A stretch of DNA of 64,000 nucleotides from positions 1,341 to 65,340 of the forward strand of contig CAUQPA010000001.1 in NCBI GenBank assembly GCA_963519325.1. The letters are read 5' to 3'. Below, in pieces: positions 20,435-30,108 of the stretch; the stretch's first letter is position 1; each line of letters begins with the position of its first letter. Made by a program: the position numbers and the translations under genes. Under the pieces are notes generated by a model, which saw nothing but the letters and a program-made list of their open reading frames with translations, made no database searches and was not told the origin of the DNA. This stretch comes from an uncultured Pseudomonas sp. Lineage in GTDB: Bacteria; Pseudomonadota; Gammaproteobacteria; Pseudomonadales; Pseudomonadaceae.

Positions 20435-20617
20435 ATGGCCATATTCGACGAAGTGCGGAGTCAGCTCCAGGAGCTATTGAATCTTGTGATCCAAGACGAG
20501 CAATACACCGCGGCCGTCGCTCATGGGGTGATCCAGGCAGACCAGGTTACTGCCGATGCACATCACCGGCGGGCTACTCGCATCAACGAGCTGAAGCGAC
20601 ATTTCGGGCTGAAATGA
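20435..20617 (+). CDS. Small hypothetical protein
   Basis: Co-oriented ORF in the small-gene run. Confidence 0.5.
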   Translation: MAIFDEVRSQLQELLNLVIQDEQYTAAVAHGVIQADQVTADAHHRRATRINELKRHFGLK

Positions 20618-20628
20618 AGGAGACAGCC

Positions 20629-20910
20629 ATGCCCATCCATAGCCAGTACGAACCGTTCGCCGAGATCATCCGACTCGCCCTGGCCGAGCGCCGGGCATCA
20701 CGAGAGAATCTTGAGCGGCACCCGGAGCACAAAGTGCCTCGTTACGCTGTACGCATGTGCGAGCAGTTGACCCGGGCCATCCATAGCGCCGGCAATCACA
20801 GCGTGACGCTGGCCGAGGTGGTTCGTCTGGAGACCAGCTGCACAGGAGCTGACTACCATTGCAAACTCGCGCTGCGGGCCAGTCGCCTCGCGCACAGCGC
20901 CGCTGCTTAG
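20629..20910 (+). CDS. Hypothetical protein, paralog of 62277-62543
   Basis: AAGGAG RBS; YEP..II..AL, YxVRMC, CTGADYH.KLALR. Confidence 0.7.
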   Translation: MPIHSQYEPFAEIIRLALAERRASRENLERHPEHKVPRYAVRMCEQLTRAIHSAGNHSVTLAEVVRLETSCTGADYHCKLALRASRLAHSAAA

Positions 20911-21018
20911 GAAAGACGAGCATAGGCGAACGTAGCGACTTCGGGATATCTGATTGTCAGCTTAGGCACTTGTGCCTAATTCTTGAATAGGCACAAGTGC
21001 CTAAACGAATGGAGCACC

Positions 21019-21294
21019 ATGGATAACCGTGCCCGCTTCCGGTTGCTGCTGGAACAGCATTCAATCACACAAGACAAGGCCGCAGAACTGGTGGCGTTCG
21101 CTACTAAACGGCCATGCTCGGTGCGCGCCGTGAGGTCGTGGGTGGCAAAGGAAGACGCGAAGTCGAAAAGGCCATGCCCCGATTGGGCACTGGCGGCGCT
21201 GGATAGAACCATCACTGCCATCCAGAAATACAACGCCCAGCGCGAAGCGGAAGAGTTGGCTAAAGCAAATGCCAGCGCCGCCGGCCACGAATAG
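21019..21294 (+). CDS. Putative XRE-like HTH protein
   Basis: ITQDKAAEL...SVRAVRSW; GGAG RBS. Confidence 0.55.
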   Translation: MDNRARFRLLLEQHSITQDKAAELVAFATKRPCSVRAVRSWVAKEDAKSKRPCPDWALAALDRTITAIQKYNAQREAEELAKANASAAGHE

Positions 21295-21324
21295 GAAAAA
21301 CAACGATGGTAACGGAGGTGCTGA

Positions 21325-21546
21325 ATGGCTGGAAACTCTCAACTTGAGGTGACCCTTCAGCGTGCCCAAGAGCGGGTAGGGCGTGTCGTAGGTGCGTTGA
21401 CCGAGCGGGATGCTGACCACTTCGAGTCCGAGGCAATGGGGTATCTGTCCGCCCTTCGCGACGAGCAGCTGCTACCAGATGGTCACATTGACCGCCTGAT
21501 GATCGACCTGCAGCGCGCTCGGCAGGCATGGCGTAAGCGTGCCTAA
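21325..21546 (+). CDS. Hypothetical protein
   Basis: GGAGG RBS, co-oriented ORF. Confidence 0.55.
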   Translation: MAGNSQLEVTLQRAQERVGRVVGALTERDADHFESEAMGYLSALRDEQLLPDGHIDRLMIDLQRARQAWRKRA

Positions 21547-21562
21547 CTCATAGGAAACCACG

Positions 21563-22015
21563 ATGAAAAATACTCCAGTAGGTACATTCGTCATTGGCGC
21601 GGAGTCGCGATCCAGTGGCAAAGGCAAAAGCCCTTTGAGTGATGCTCAGGCGAAGGCAGAGGTCATGCTTTCCGAATACCGGCATGCTTTGAATGACGGC
21701 CTAGGCGCAGCCGAGGGTGAAGCGTTCGAACTCGCGTGCCTGCACTATCTTGGCGACCACAAAAATGTGGGAGTTGCATGGATGGTTTCGCAGCAACGCA
21801 TCTATCTGCTTTTTGGCGGTGCAGATCGACCCGAACCCGAGTACGAGCCGACTTGGTTGCTGGACATGGCCAAAGAGCTAACCCTGTTCCTTCGCACGTT
21901 CGTAGTGCCGGATCAAAAATCGGCCGGGACAACGTTTTGGGGTGGTGTGAATCATGGGCCGATTGTCTCCTATCGGTTCAAGCTTGCCGACTCGCCTGCA
22001 AGCCTCAACGTCTAG
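21563..22015 (+). CDS. Hypothetical protein
   Basis: AGGA RBS, co-oriented ORF. Confidence 0.55.
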   Translation: MKNTPVGTFVIGAESRSSGKGKSPLSDAQAKAEVMLSEYRHALNDGLGAAEGEAFELACLHYLGDHKNVGVAWMVSQQRIYLLFGGADRPEPEYEPTWLLDMAKELTLFLRTFVVPDQKSAGTTFWGGVNHGPIVSYRFKLADSPASLNV

Positions 22016-22024
22016 GAAATCACT

Positions 22025-22438
22025 ATGTTCATTGCATCACCAGAAACAGCGCTGCGTTTTGCTCAGAAAGAGGATGGCAAGCTCGAAGACGGGCTTCACT
22101 ACTGGTTCCGCATGCAGCGCGAAGGCGTAGCTGACTATCTCAAGAACCGTGACGCGCAACCGTCTGAAAGCCAACTCTGCTCTGCTGCTGAATTTCTTGC
22201 GGAAACCACAGGCCTTGTTTGGTCTGTAGCGCAGGTCAGTGAGGTGCTGAGCCTTTACCCGCGGGCACGGATCAGTCTTGCTGTTAATGGCGAGGCTGGC
22301 GATGCGCTCTCTTTTGCCGCAGCACATTTCTTCCTTGGTACATCATGGCCGACCTTTGGCGACAAAGTAGACATAACTGCGTTCGTTAATCTGCTCCAGC
22401 AGCAGGCGCTGCTCATGGGCTACTTGAAAGCCAACTGA
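22025..22438 (+). CDS. Hypothetical protein
   Basis: AGGA RBS; followed by hairpin AGCCCGC-N5-GCGGGCT at 22462-22480. Confidence 0.55.
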   Translation: MFIASPETALRFAQKEDGKLEDGLHYWFRMQREGVADYLKNRDAQPSESQLCSAAEFLAETTGLVWSVAQVSEVLSLYPRARISLAVNGEAGDALSFAAAHFFLGTSWPTFGDKVDITAFVNLLQQQALLMGYLKAN

Positions 22439-22532
22439 TCACGGAAACCGCCTGCCCCATCAGCCCGCCCAGTGCGGGCTAAGCCCGTAAAGAGAGACGC
22501 TTTTTGCTCCCCAGGATCGACAGGAACAGGCC

Positions 22533-22730
22533 GTGGCAGAAGCAAGAATTGTAATCGAAGGTACTGCACTCACTGACGCGCAGGCGATGACTGTACGACT
22601 CGCGCTTGATGCATTTCGTGAACGTCAGCAGCACGAAGGGCTTGGCGACGATGATCGCGGTCGCGCCATGTCGTCGGCCTACGCAAAGTGCGCTGACGAA
22701 GTGCTCACCTTGATCCATCAGAAGTTGTAG
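22533..22730 (+). CDS. Small hypothetical protein
   Basis: AGGA RBS, GTG start. Confidence 0.45.
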   Translation: MAEARIVIEGTALTDAQAMTVRLALDAFRERQQHEGLGDDDRGRAMSSAYAKCADEVLTLIHQKL

Positions 22731-22957
22731 GAATTCGCCCGGCTGTTGCATGCCGGCGCGCAACACCACGCAACAGGAAAAAGAACCATGACCTTCAGCA
22801 CATTTGGAATCCGTCAGCCTTTCCCATCCTCGTAGTCGCATCTATTTCCAAAATTCCCGCAATAATTTGGGAAACCGACACCAGGGTCTAGTTGCGCCGC
22901 TTGCGTTTTACCATCCGCTGATAGACTGACCTCCTACCAAGTAGCGCGAGCACGCTC

Positions 22958-23227
22958 ATGAGCAGCAATCACACCGTGAAAAAGGCTAGGGCTTCTGTGT
23001 CCGCAACGGATCTGGCAAAACTTGGCTATTGCGAATTGATGATCCTGCTGGGGCCGGGCATGGACGATTCGGATCAGGCTAATCAAAAGATCGCAGCGGG
23101 GAACCAGGAGCATGAACGGTTCCACCTTCGTGCAGTGCTCAATGCGGGTAGCAAAGAGGAATACGAGCGTCTCTGCCAAACACTGGCGAGTCGAACATCC
23201 GCTAAAAGGAATCGGCCTACCCGCTAA
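22958..23227 (+). CDS. Small protein resembling the Cas4 N-terminal segment
   Basis: VSATDLAKLGYCE...G...HERFH. Confidence 0.55.
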   Translation: MSSNHTVKKARASVSATDLAKLGYCELMILLGPGMDDSDQANQKIAAGNQEHERFHLRAVLNAGSKEEYERLCQTLASRTSAKRNRPTR

Positions 23228-23912
23228 CAGATTCGCCTGCGAAGCGACGTAATACCGGAGGCACTGCACTACGACGTATTTGGAGCCTATGAAATGGGCC
23301 ACCGTGAATCACTGGCTCGGAGCTATCAAGCTCCAGTGCGACTTTAGAGCCGGCTTTTACCCAGGAGCGCAAAGGGCCAATCGCGGACTCGATAGAGTAA
23401 ACGCTGCCGTCTAAGGAGGCAGACGCCTGCACGTAAGATGACTGGTGCCACCGGCCGGGCAGACCCGTGACAACGCCCAAAACTATCCCGCTGGCATTTG
23501 GGATGATAAAGCCCTGCCCCCTGTACCGTGGGTATAGGCCGCTCACGTAATCGAACGTCCAGCAGCTGCCGAGGTGCCTCTCGCTCAATGGCTGTTTTGA
23601 CAGGATCTCGATGATGAGGTCGGCGCTGCTGTCATAGTCATCGGCCGGAGAGTGCCACGCAGCGCTGCACAAGGCTTGGTAACCTCTTCTATTGGCGGGT
23701 GTGTCCAAATATCGCCCGATGCAGAAGATCGTGGTGGCGATAGTCGCGACCAGCGCAAAAAGTATCGCAAGCCCTCCAACCAATACTAGGCCAGGAGCGG
23801 GGACAGGGCTCAGCTTTATCCAGGCGACGCAGGATGCTCCCAAAAGGCCAATGGTTATGACTGGCCGCATCGCTTTACTTATATCCGCAAATATTCGGAT
23901 CAACATATCCAT
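23217..23912 (-). CDS. Hypothetical membrane protein
   Basis: Two N-terminal TM helices. Confidence 0.55.
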   Translation of the reverse strand: MDMLIRIFADISKAMRPVITIGLLGASCVAWIKLSPVPAPGLVLVGGLAILFALVATIATTIFCIGRYLDTPANRRGYQALCSAAWHSPADDYDSSADLIIEILSKQPLSERHLGSCWTFDYVSGLYPRYRGQGFIIPNASGIVLGVVTGLPGRWHQSSYVQASASLDGSVYSIESAIGPLRSWVKAGSKVALELDSSEPVIHGGPFHRLQIRRSAVPPVLRRFAGESVSG

Positions 23913-24495
23913 CGGATTTCCCTTTGTGCGTTACATACCAGCGAACACCATCTTGATAGGCGGGCGCGAGATCCTTACCCTGACCTATCATCTTTACTAC
24001 ACCTGCTGCCATTAGGGCCTGCGGTGTTGGAGCATCGTAGAGTGCTACCTTCACCCACTTAGCAGCCTTTTGGAGCGCAGGATCATCTTGCGACGCCTTG
24101 AGTATCACCACCGCTAAATCAGCGGCGGCTTGGTAGTTACCCCCATACACTGCCAACATTAGAAAGGCCTTCCCGCGCGCTGGATCTTCTTCAAACCAGC
24201 CGTTGCCCGACAGATACATCCGAGCCAACGTTACCGCCGCGACAGCGTCGCCATTACACGCGCGATCACGAAAACGAGCGGCCTCTAAAGCATCAGCGTC
24301 CTCGCTATAGGATCGGTGATCCTGCAGCTCGAAGCCGGTGTTGTGACTGGTTGGAGCGGCATGGGCGCCTGAATGAGTCGGGACAAAACCGAGGGCCAAC
24401 ACCCATAGGCGCAGGGCCACATGTGAAGTGCCACCGAGACGCCGGACGGTGCCAGTAAAGCGCCTCGCTACGCCTGACCTGATAAATCCTCGCAT
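23875..24495 (-). CDS. Secreted Sel1-like repeat protein
   Basis: Signal-like segment, A..GDA.A...LARMY..GNG pattern; start uncertain. Confidence 0.6.
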   Translation of the reverse strand: MRGFIRSGVARRFTGTVRRLGGTSHVALRLWVLALGFVPTHSGAHAAPTSHNTGFELQDHRSYSEDADALEAARFRDRACNGDAVAAVTLARMYLSGNGWFEEDPARGKAFLMLAVYGGNYQAAADLAVVILKASQDDPALQKAAKWVKVALYDAPTPQALMAAGVVKMIGQGKDLAPAYQDGVRWYVTHKGKSDGYVDPNICGYK

Positions 24496-24640
24496 AGCGT
24501 CACTGGCCCTAGGGAAAACCAAATCCTACCCCAGCGCCCTCACGCGTCTTTCGCGATTCACGCCTGCAACGGGGTGGAACTCGGCGCCTTGACGGCCGGG
24601 TAGCCCATAGCATTCCTGAACCTACGAAGGAGATGCAGCG

Positions 24641-26119
24641 ATGGCGTTTGAGTGGACACCCGAGCAATTGGCTTTCCATGAGTGCAAGGCGCCGCGCATA
24701 CGCGTGAAAGCCTTTGCTGGGGCCTCCAAGACGACTTCGCTCGAGGGCTATACCAAGCGGTATCCCCGGTTGAGATTTCTGTACGTCGCCTACAACAGGA
24801 GCATTGCAGACGAGGGCAAGGCACGATTTCCGTCCAATGTGAAATGCATGACCTCCCATCAGCTGGCCTTCAAGGCAGTAGGCCGGCGTTTTCAGCACAA
24901 GCTCGGTGCCTCGCTGCGCCCGGCAGACATGCGCGCCGTACTGGGCACCAGTGACTGGGCCTTCATCAACGCGGTCATCGCTACGGTCAATGCGTACCTT
25001 TGCAGTGACCGGGAGGACTTCCACGAGGACCACCTGCCGCTTTTTAACGGACGACCTATTGTCGAGATGCCGCCGGCGTTCATCGCCGAGGTGTTCCTGC
25101 AGGCCAGGGAGGTCTGGCGACGCATGATCGATCCGGAGGATACGACCGTGCCGCACCTGCACGACGCCTACCTCAAGCTCTACTACCTGAGCAAACCGGA
25201 CCTGGGGGACCGCTTCGATGTCATCCTTGCGGATGAGGCACAGGATCTGAACGGCATAACGCTCGGGCTCATCAAGAATCAGTCGTGCCGGGTGATATTC
25301 GTCGGAGATCCTCACCAGTCGCTCTATGCGTTCCGCGGCGCCGACAACGCCTTGTCCGATCCGGATCTCGATGACTCCGTCGATCTCTATTTGACCAAAT
25401 CCTTCCGCTTCGGGCCGGCGGTGGCCACCGTGGCCAACATCATCCTGAGCTACAAGGGCGAGCAGCTGAAGATCGTCGGCGCTGGCCAGCCTACGCAGAT
25501 CAAAACGCAGCTCGACGAGGGCGTTCGAGGGGCCGCGTATCTCTGTCGGACGGTCTCCGGAGTCATCATGACGGCGCTGGAGTTCGCCCCACAGGGCAGA
25601 ACCCTCTACTGGGTCGGCGGCATCGAGGCGTACCAGATTGGCGACTTGGAGGATCTGGTCTGGTTCAGCCAGGGAAAGACCGACAAGGTCAGGTCGAAGC
25701 GTCTGCTGAAGGACTTCCCTGACTGGACCTCGTATCTGACCATGGCCAAGGAGAGCAAGGACCGCGAGATGGCGAGGCTCATCAAGGTGGTGGGTCTCTT
25801 CCCAGACATCGAGAAGCGACTGGCGCGCCTGCGGACGCTGACACAGAAGGATGAAAAGGACGCCGACGTCATCCTATCGACTGCGCACCGCTCGAAGGGT
25901 CTCGAGTGGAAGCATGTCTACCTGGGCGAAGACTTCCCCGATCCCCTGGATCCTGAGCTCCCGCCGGATGCGCGCCGTGATGAACTCAATCTGCTGTATG
26001 TCGCTGCGACGCGAGCAAAGCATCAGCTGGCCATCAACTCCGTCATCTTGGGGATCATGCGGGATTACGAGCGAAGCCGTCGGCGGGCGCTCGAGCATCA
26101 GATGCTGGCGATCGAGTAG
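24641..26119 (+). CDS. UvrD/Rep-family (SF1) DNA helicase
   Basis: AFAGASKT, DEAQD, VGDPHQSLYAFRGA, SFRFG, STAHRSKGLEW, LYVAATRAK. Confidence 0.9.
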   Translation: MAFEWTPEQLAFHECKAPRIRVKAFAGASKTTSLEGYTKRYPRLRFLYVAYNRSIADEGKARFPSNVKCMTSHQLAFKAVGRRFQHKLGASLRPADMRAVLGTSDWAFINAVIATVNAYLCSDREDFHEDHLPLFNGRPIVEMPPAFIAEVFLQAREVWRRMIDPEDTTVPHLHDAYLKLYYLSKPDLGDRFDVILADEAQDLNGITLGLIKNQSCRVIFVGDPHQSLYAFRGADNALSDPDLDDSVDLYLTKSFRFGPAVATVANIILSYKGEQLKIVGAGQPTQIKTQLDEGVRGAAYLCRTVSGVIMTALEFAPQGRTLYWVGGIEAYQIGDLEDLVWFSQGKTDKVRSKRLLKDFPDWTSYLTMAKESKDREMARLIKVVGLFPDIEKRLARLRTLTQKDEKDADVILSTAHRSKGLEWKHVYLGEDFPDPLDPELPPDARRDELNLLYVAATRAKHQLAINSVILGIMRDYERSRRRALEHQMLAIE

Positions 26120-26314
26120 CTGGCCAACACTCCATTTAGCACCGTGGTTTAGAGGCACCGGCCAGGACCCGTCCCCCCGTCGCTTTCTGCACAACCCACC
26201 TGGGCATCGGTTTGCTGGCCTGGCGGCGCAGGGTGAGCGCGCGTCTACCGGCCAGCGGCCCGACGCGGCAACGCACGCCCCAACACAACGGGTCGCGTTC
26301 CTGCGCTTTTAGCC

Positions 26315-26356
26315 GGTGATGACCAGGGCGCCTGCAAAGGCGCCCTGGTCATCACC
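26315..26356. repeat. Perfect 19-bp stem hairpin with GCAA loop
   Basis: GGTGATGACCAGGGCGCCT-GCAA-AGGCGCCCTGGTCATCACC between the convergent helicase and dsbA genes. Confidence 0.8.
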
Positions 26357-26421
26357 CCGGGCGTCATGCTCGAGTCAATCTCGAGTGCTTCGTGTCAGGC
26401 GGGCAGGAGGGCATCTGCGAC

Positions 26422-27300
26422 CTACTTCGCTGGCTGCGCGGAATCGGCTGCCGAGCCGAAGCCGAGGATCTTGCGCGAAACCTCATCGCCCTGGTCCTGG
26501 GGCTTCCCCTGCGCCTTGTCCGCTTCAGCCTTCGCCGCTGCCTGTTCAGCTGCCAGCATCCGTTTCATGATCGTCACGAAGGCGCTGATCGGCTGGGCGC
26601 CGGAAACGAACTCTTTCTCGCCCGTCAGGTTGTCGATGACGATGGTGGCCGGCGTACCGGTAGCACCGATCTTTTCGCCCATGCGGATGTGATCTGCAAT
26701 ACGGTCCTTCACCTTGCCGCTGCTGATGCACTGATTGAAGACCTTCATGTCAGCACCGAGGCGCGACACTAGCCCGGGCAGATCCTTCACACCGCCGCCA
26801 TTGCCGGCCGACTCTTCGAAAATCTGATCGAGGATCACCCAGAAGCCACGATTTCCCTTCTGCTCCGCGTAGCATTCGGTCGCGATCGCCTCATCGGTTG
26901 CAGCAGGGTTATGGAAGCCCAGCGGCATATGGCGCCACTGCCAGTTCACCGCGCCATTGGACTTGTCCACGATCTCCTTGAGGCTCGGGTGCAGCCGCTT
27001 ACAGAAGGGACACTCCAGGTCGGAGAATTCGGCAAGCGTGAAGCGGGCCTTGAGGTCGCCATAGACTCGCGCGTCGTTTGGCACCTGGTCCGCCGCCCGC
27101 CCGTAGCGAGCAAATTGTGCGTCGACCCAAGCTTGCTTCTCGGCTCGCTCCTTGGCGAACACACCCGTCTCGATGCCGGCCGTGATCTTGCGGTCTAGGT
27201 AGGCTTGCCCGCTGGTCCAAAACACCCCAAGGGTTACGAGCTGAGATACGGCAACGGCAGACGCAAGGGTGATGAGGTGGTTTCTAAGTGAGGTTTTCAT
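26422..27300 (-). CDS. Second DsbA-family oxidoreductase
   Basis: EFSDLECPFC, GTP; paralog of 8198-9007. Confidence 0.88.
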   Translation of the reverse strand: MKTSLRNHLITLASAVAVSQLVTLGVFWTSGQAYLDRKITAGIETGVFAKERAEKQAWVDAQFARYGRAADQVPNDARVYGDLKARFTLAEFSDLECPFCKRLHPSLKEIVDKSNGAVNWQWRHMPLGFHNPAATDEAIATECYAEQKGNRGFWVILDQIFEESAGNGGGVKDLPGLVSRLGADMKVFNQCISSGKVKDRIADHIRMGEKIGATGTPATIVIDNLTGEKEFVSGAQPISAFVTIMKRMLAAEQAAAKAEADKAQGKPQDQGDEVSRKILGFGSAADSAQPAK

Positions 27301-27400
27301 GGGCGACCCGGCTATGTGATTTGCCGTCTACCCTAAAAAATCCGCCTCGCTCGGCGAGCTCCATTCCACCCACAAATGGGCGCGAACCCCAAATAACGCT

Positions 27401-27997
27401 CTAGCGACGGTTTTTTCGACGCGTCCACTCACTGCACTGCGTCGGACGCGACATGCGAAGTGCACGCGGTTGGACCGCGCCCCTGCGCTGACCGGAATGG
27501 CCGAGCAGCCCACGGTAGGCTTGCAGCGCAATGGCCAATGGACCAGATCCTAGGTATCCCGAGGCTGTTTCGACATGATATCGAAGCACCATGACTTCCA
27601 GCGGGGCTTCGCTCCACGACTGAGTACCGAACGCTTGAGCTCTTCCCCCTAAAACGGCTAGTCGGTCGGAGGCCAGTAGCTGGCCATCCAGAACAGCAAA
27701 TAGGCAGACGAATTGCTGGCCGAAAGCGGCTAAAGCCGACGTTATGCTCGACAACCGCTCAGACTCACGCCACTGCCGAGTTTGTAATTCTCGGTACCGA
27801 AAAATCGTGGCCTGCGACAGCCCCTTTCCCTGCCCTTGAGCATCGAGCATATTGAGCTCACGCTCGATCTGGCGCAAAGCCTGGTGCACAGACTGATGCC
27901 GGGCCGCTAGAGCGCGCACTTCTTTTTTCAGTAGAAAAAAAGTATTGAGATGTTGGCGAAGATGCATCGCACAACTCCTAGCTGTTTCCTGTTGCAT
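27401..27997 (-). CDS. Hypothetical coiled-coil protein
   Basis: 198-aa ORF co-oriented with its neighbours. Confidence 0.5.
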   Translation of the reverse strand: MQQETARSCAMHLRQHLNTFFLLKKEVRALAARHQSVHQALRQIERELNMLDAQGQGKGLSQATIFRYRELQTRQWRESERLSSITSALAAFGQQFVCLFAVLDGQLLASDRLAVLGGRAQAFGTQSWSEAPLEVMVLRYHVETASGYLGSGPLAIALQAYRGLLGHSGQRRGAVQPRALRMSRPTQCSEWTRRKNRR

Positions 27998-28074
27998 AGC
28001 AATAGGCTCTTTAGCCTGCTGTGTTCAGGCTTGCGATCAGCGGCCCCTAATAAAACGAAGCCGCTTGCTTCGCA

Positions 28075-28959
28075 TTAGTAGGCGGCGGCGGGGTTCGTCC
28101 CATCAGGCAGATAGAAGGCCATATCGTTGGGCAAATGCTCGCGCAGTGCGGCGGCGAAGTCTGCAGCGTTTACCTCACCAAGATTTGCACCAATCATCTT
28201 ACCCACGCCGCTACCCACTTCGGAGTAAAATGGTATGGCTACCAAGTGCGCGGGATAGCCGCCCCGGTCCACCGGCGCATAGCCGTCGACGAGATAGCCT
28301 CCCTTCGTTCCGATGAAGATTTCGCCGAGCTTGCTGCCGGTCGGAGTTTTGACAAAGCCATCTCGTACTTGAGCAAACTCGAGCTTTTGCACGCGGACGG
28401 TGGGTTGCAACGTAGCGTTGACTACGTCATTCAACTTTGAAGCGCATCGGACCCCGGCCTGCTCGAGAGTACTGGTTTCGCTTTTTTTCTCGAAGCAGAA
28501 CATAAAGCCCATTTTGGTTCGCGGATCGAAGCCGTTATCGCCGAGGACTGTGAGCGCCAAGCCAGCAGCGCCCACTCCACCACCGATGGCATTGAACGCG
28601 ATCATCGAACCATCGTTGTTATAGCCCGCACTGGGCCGTGCCGTTGCACTGATGGCTTGCTTGACTTGATCAGGCGATGCTTGCTGTAGATAAGCATTGC
28701 GTACTCCACCCGGCCCAATCTGAGCGAAACTCGGCATCCCAAGTACGGCAAAGAGCTTATCCGCGGCAGTCGCGTTAGGGGCGAACTGCAAGGGCTTTTC
28801 GTTCGCAATTTTGAGCGTAGGGTTTTCTGTTTTCCAAGGTCTAAACACCGGAGTAGTAAGCTCCGAGGCCGCAACAGGCTTCAAATCTTGGCCTTGGGTC
28901 GCACAGCCAGTTGCAGAGGCTACTACGACCGCAATCGCGGCCAGCCGAACAGTCTTCAT
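28075..28959 (-). CDS. Putative lipoprotein
   Basis: Lipobox SATGC, AGGAG RBS. Confidence 0.7.
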   Translation of the reverse strand: MKTVRLAAIAVVVASATGCATQGQDLKPVAASELTTPVFRPWKTENPTLKIANEKPLQFAPNATAADKLFAVLGMPSFAQIGPGGVRNAYLQQASPDQVKQAISATARPSAGYNNDGSMIAFNAIGGGVGAAGLALTVLGDNGFDPRTKMGFMFCFEKKSETSTLEQAGVRCASKLNDVVNATLQPTVRVQKLEFAQVRDGFVKTPTGSKLGEIFIGTKGGYLVDGYAPVDRGGYPAHLVAIPFYSEVGSGVGKMIGANLGEVNAADFAAALREHLPNDMAFYLPDGTNPAAAY

Positions 28960-29148
28960 ACCGATACTCCTGTGTTGGTGTTAAGCATGAAATCACGCTT
29001 TTCCAGGAACGCAACCCCAATCTTCACCCGTCATAGGCAGTGGCCTTGGTTTCAACGCCTTAAAACAAATTTAATTATGATTTGCTCTAGTCATAACTAT
29101 GTGAAAAGGCTATAACGGCAGCCACAGCCTAATCTTGAGGAGATCACG

Positions 29149-29532
29149 ATGTCCCTGATCCAAGAATACCGCCAGACCGAAGCCGCTATTGCGGAATTGC
29201 AGCAGCGCCTTGAACAGCTGAATACCGACGAACGTCTGCAGAAAGAACTCGATTTCGAGAAGAAACTGCGAGCGCTGCTCGGCGAGCATAACAAGTCGCT
29301 GCGCGACGTCATTGCAATTCTGGACCCCAACGCCGGCTCTGCCGCTGCCAGCAAGTCCAAGAGCAACTCGGGCGCAGCCCCGCAGCAGCGCCGGGCGCGT
29401 ACGCTCAAGCGCTATAAGCACCCCGAAACCGGTGAAGTCATCGAAACTAAGGGTGGCAACCACAAGCTTCTGAAAGCCTGGAAGTCCGAGCACGGTGCCG
29501 ATACCGTCGAAAGCTGGCTCCAGAGCGAGTAA
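29149..29532 (+). CDS. MvaT/MvaU-family H-NS-like silencer
   Basis: MSLIQEYR, ELDFEKKLRALL, YKHPETGEVIETKGGNHKLLKAWK; AT-rich upstream region. Confidence 0.92.
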   Translation: MSLIQEYRQTEAAIAELQQRLEQLNTDERLQKELDFEKKLRALLGEHNKSLRDVIAILDPNAGSAAASKSKSNSGAAPQQRRARTLKRYKHPETGEVIETKGGNHKLLKAWKSEHGADTVESWLQSE

Positions 29533-30062
29533 TCACGCGGACCGACGCCGGCGGGCCTTGTGCGGCACCGCCGGCGCTGTCATTATCGGCGCTCTTGATC
29601 CAACCCCTGTGGCTTGGATGCTTCACCAGCTGCTTCGCAGCACCCTCCCCCTCGTTTGGCTCTCCTGGGCCATCTGACCCGCTGTAAGAATCTTTCATCC
29701 AGCTCGGTTGCCGATCACTCAGCTGATCCTTGGCCGAATTGTCGCGTGCGTATCGTTTGCCACGCGCCCCGGTTTCATACGTCCAGAAGGCGGCCACTGC
29801 CATAAGTGCTGGGAGCTCTACTTCGGTAGAGGTCCTGTCGCATAGCGAAAGAATCTTTCGCTATGCGACGGTGGGGCCAGCAGACGGTGCCCCGGGTGAT
29901 CTTTACCTACAAAACAGCTGCAGTTGCAGAGATGGTGCGAGGGTTCGCTACATCCGATCAGGATCTCCTGTCGGAACGGGCAAACCCGCCTCCACCCTGC
30001 ACTGCAGGGCCCAGGCGACTGGCGCATCAGGCTCCAACACTGTTCCGCGAATACGGAGCAGC

Positions 30063-30092
30063 AAAAACCCGGCTCATGGCCGGGTTTTTTTT
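30063..30092. terminator. Intrinsic terminator, possibly bidirectional
   Basis: AAAAACCCGGC-TCATG-GCCGGGTTTTTTTT. Confidence 0.75.
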
Positions 30093-30108
30093 CGCACGCA
30101 GAAAGGTG

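Noticed and set aside
18067..23227. CRISPR-Cas locus suggested by the Cas4-like motifs
   Set aside because: No repeat-spacer array and no cas1/cas2. The 18651-18773 repeats are short, degenerate and only three.
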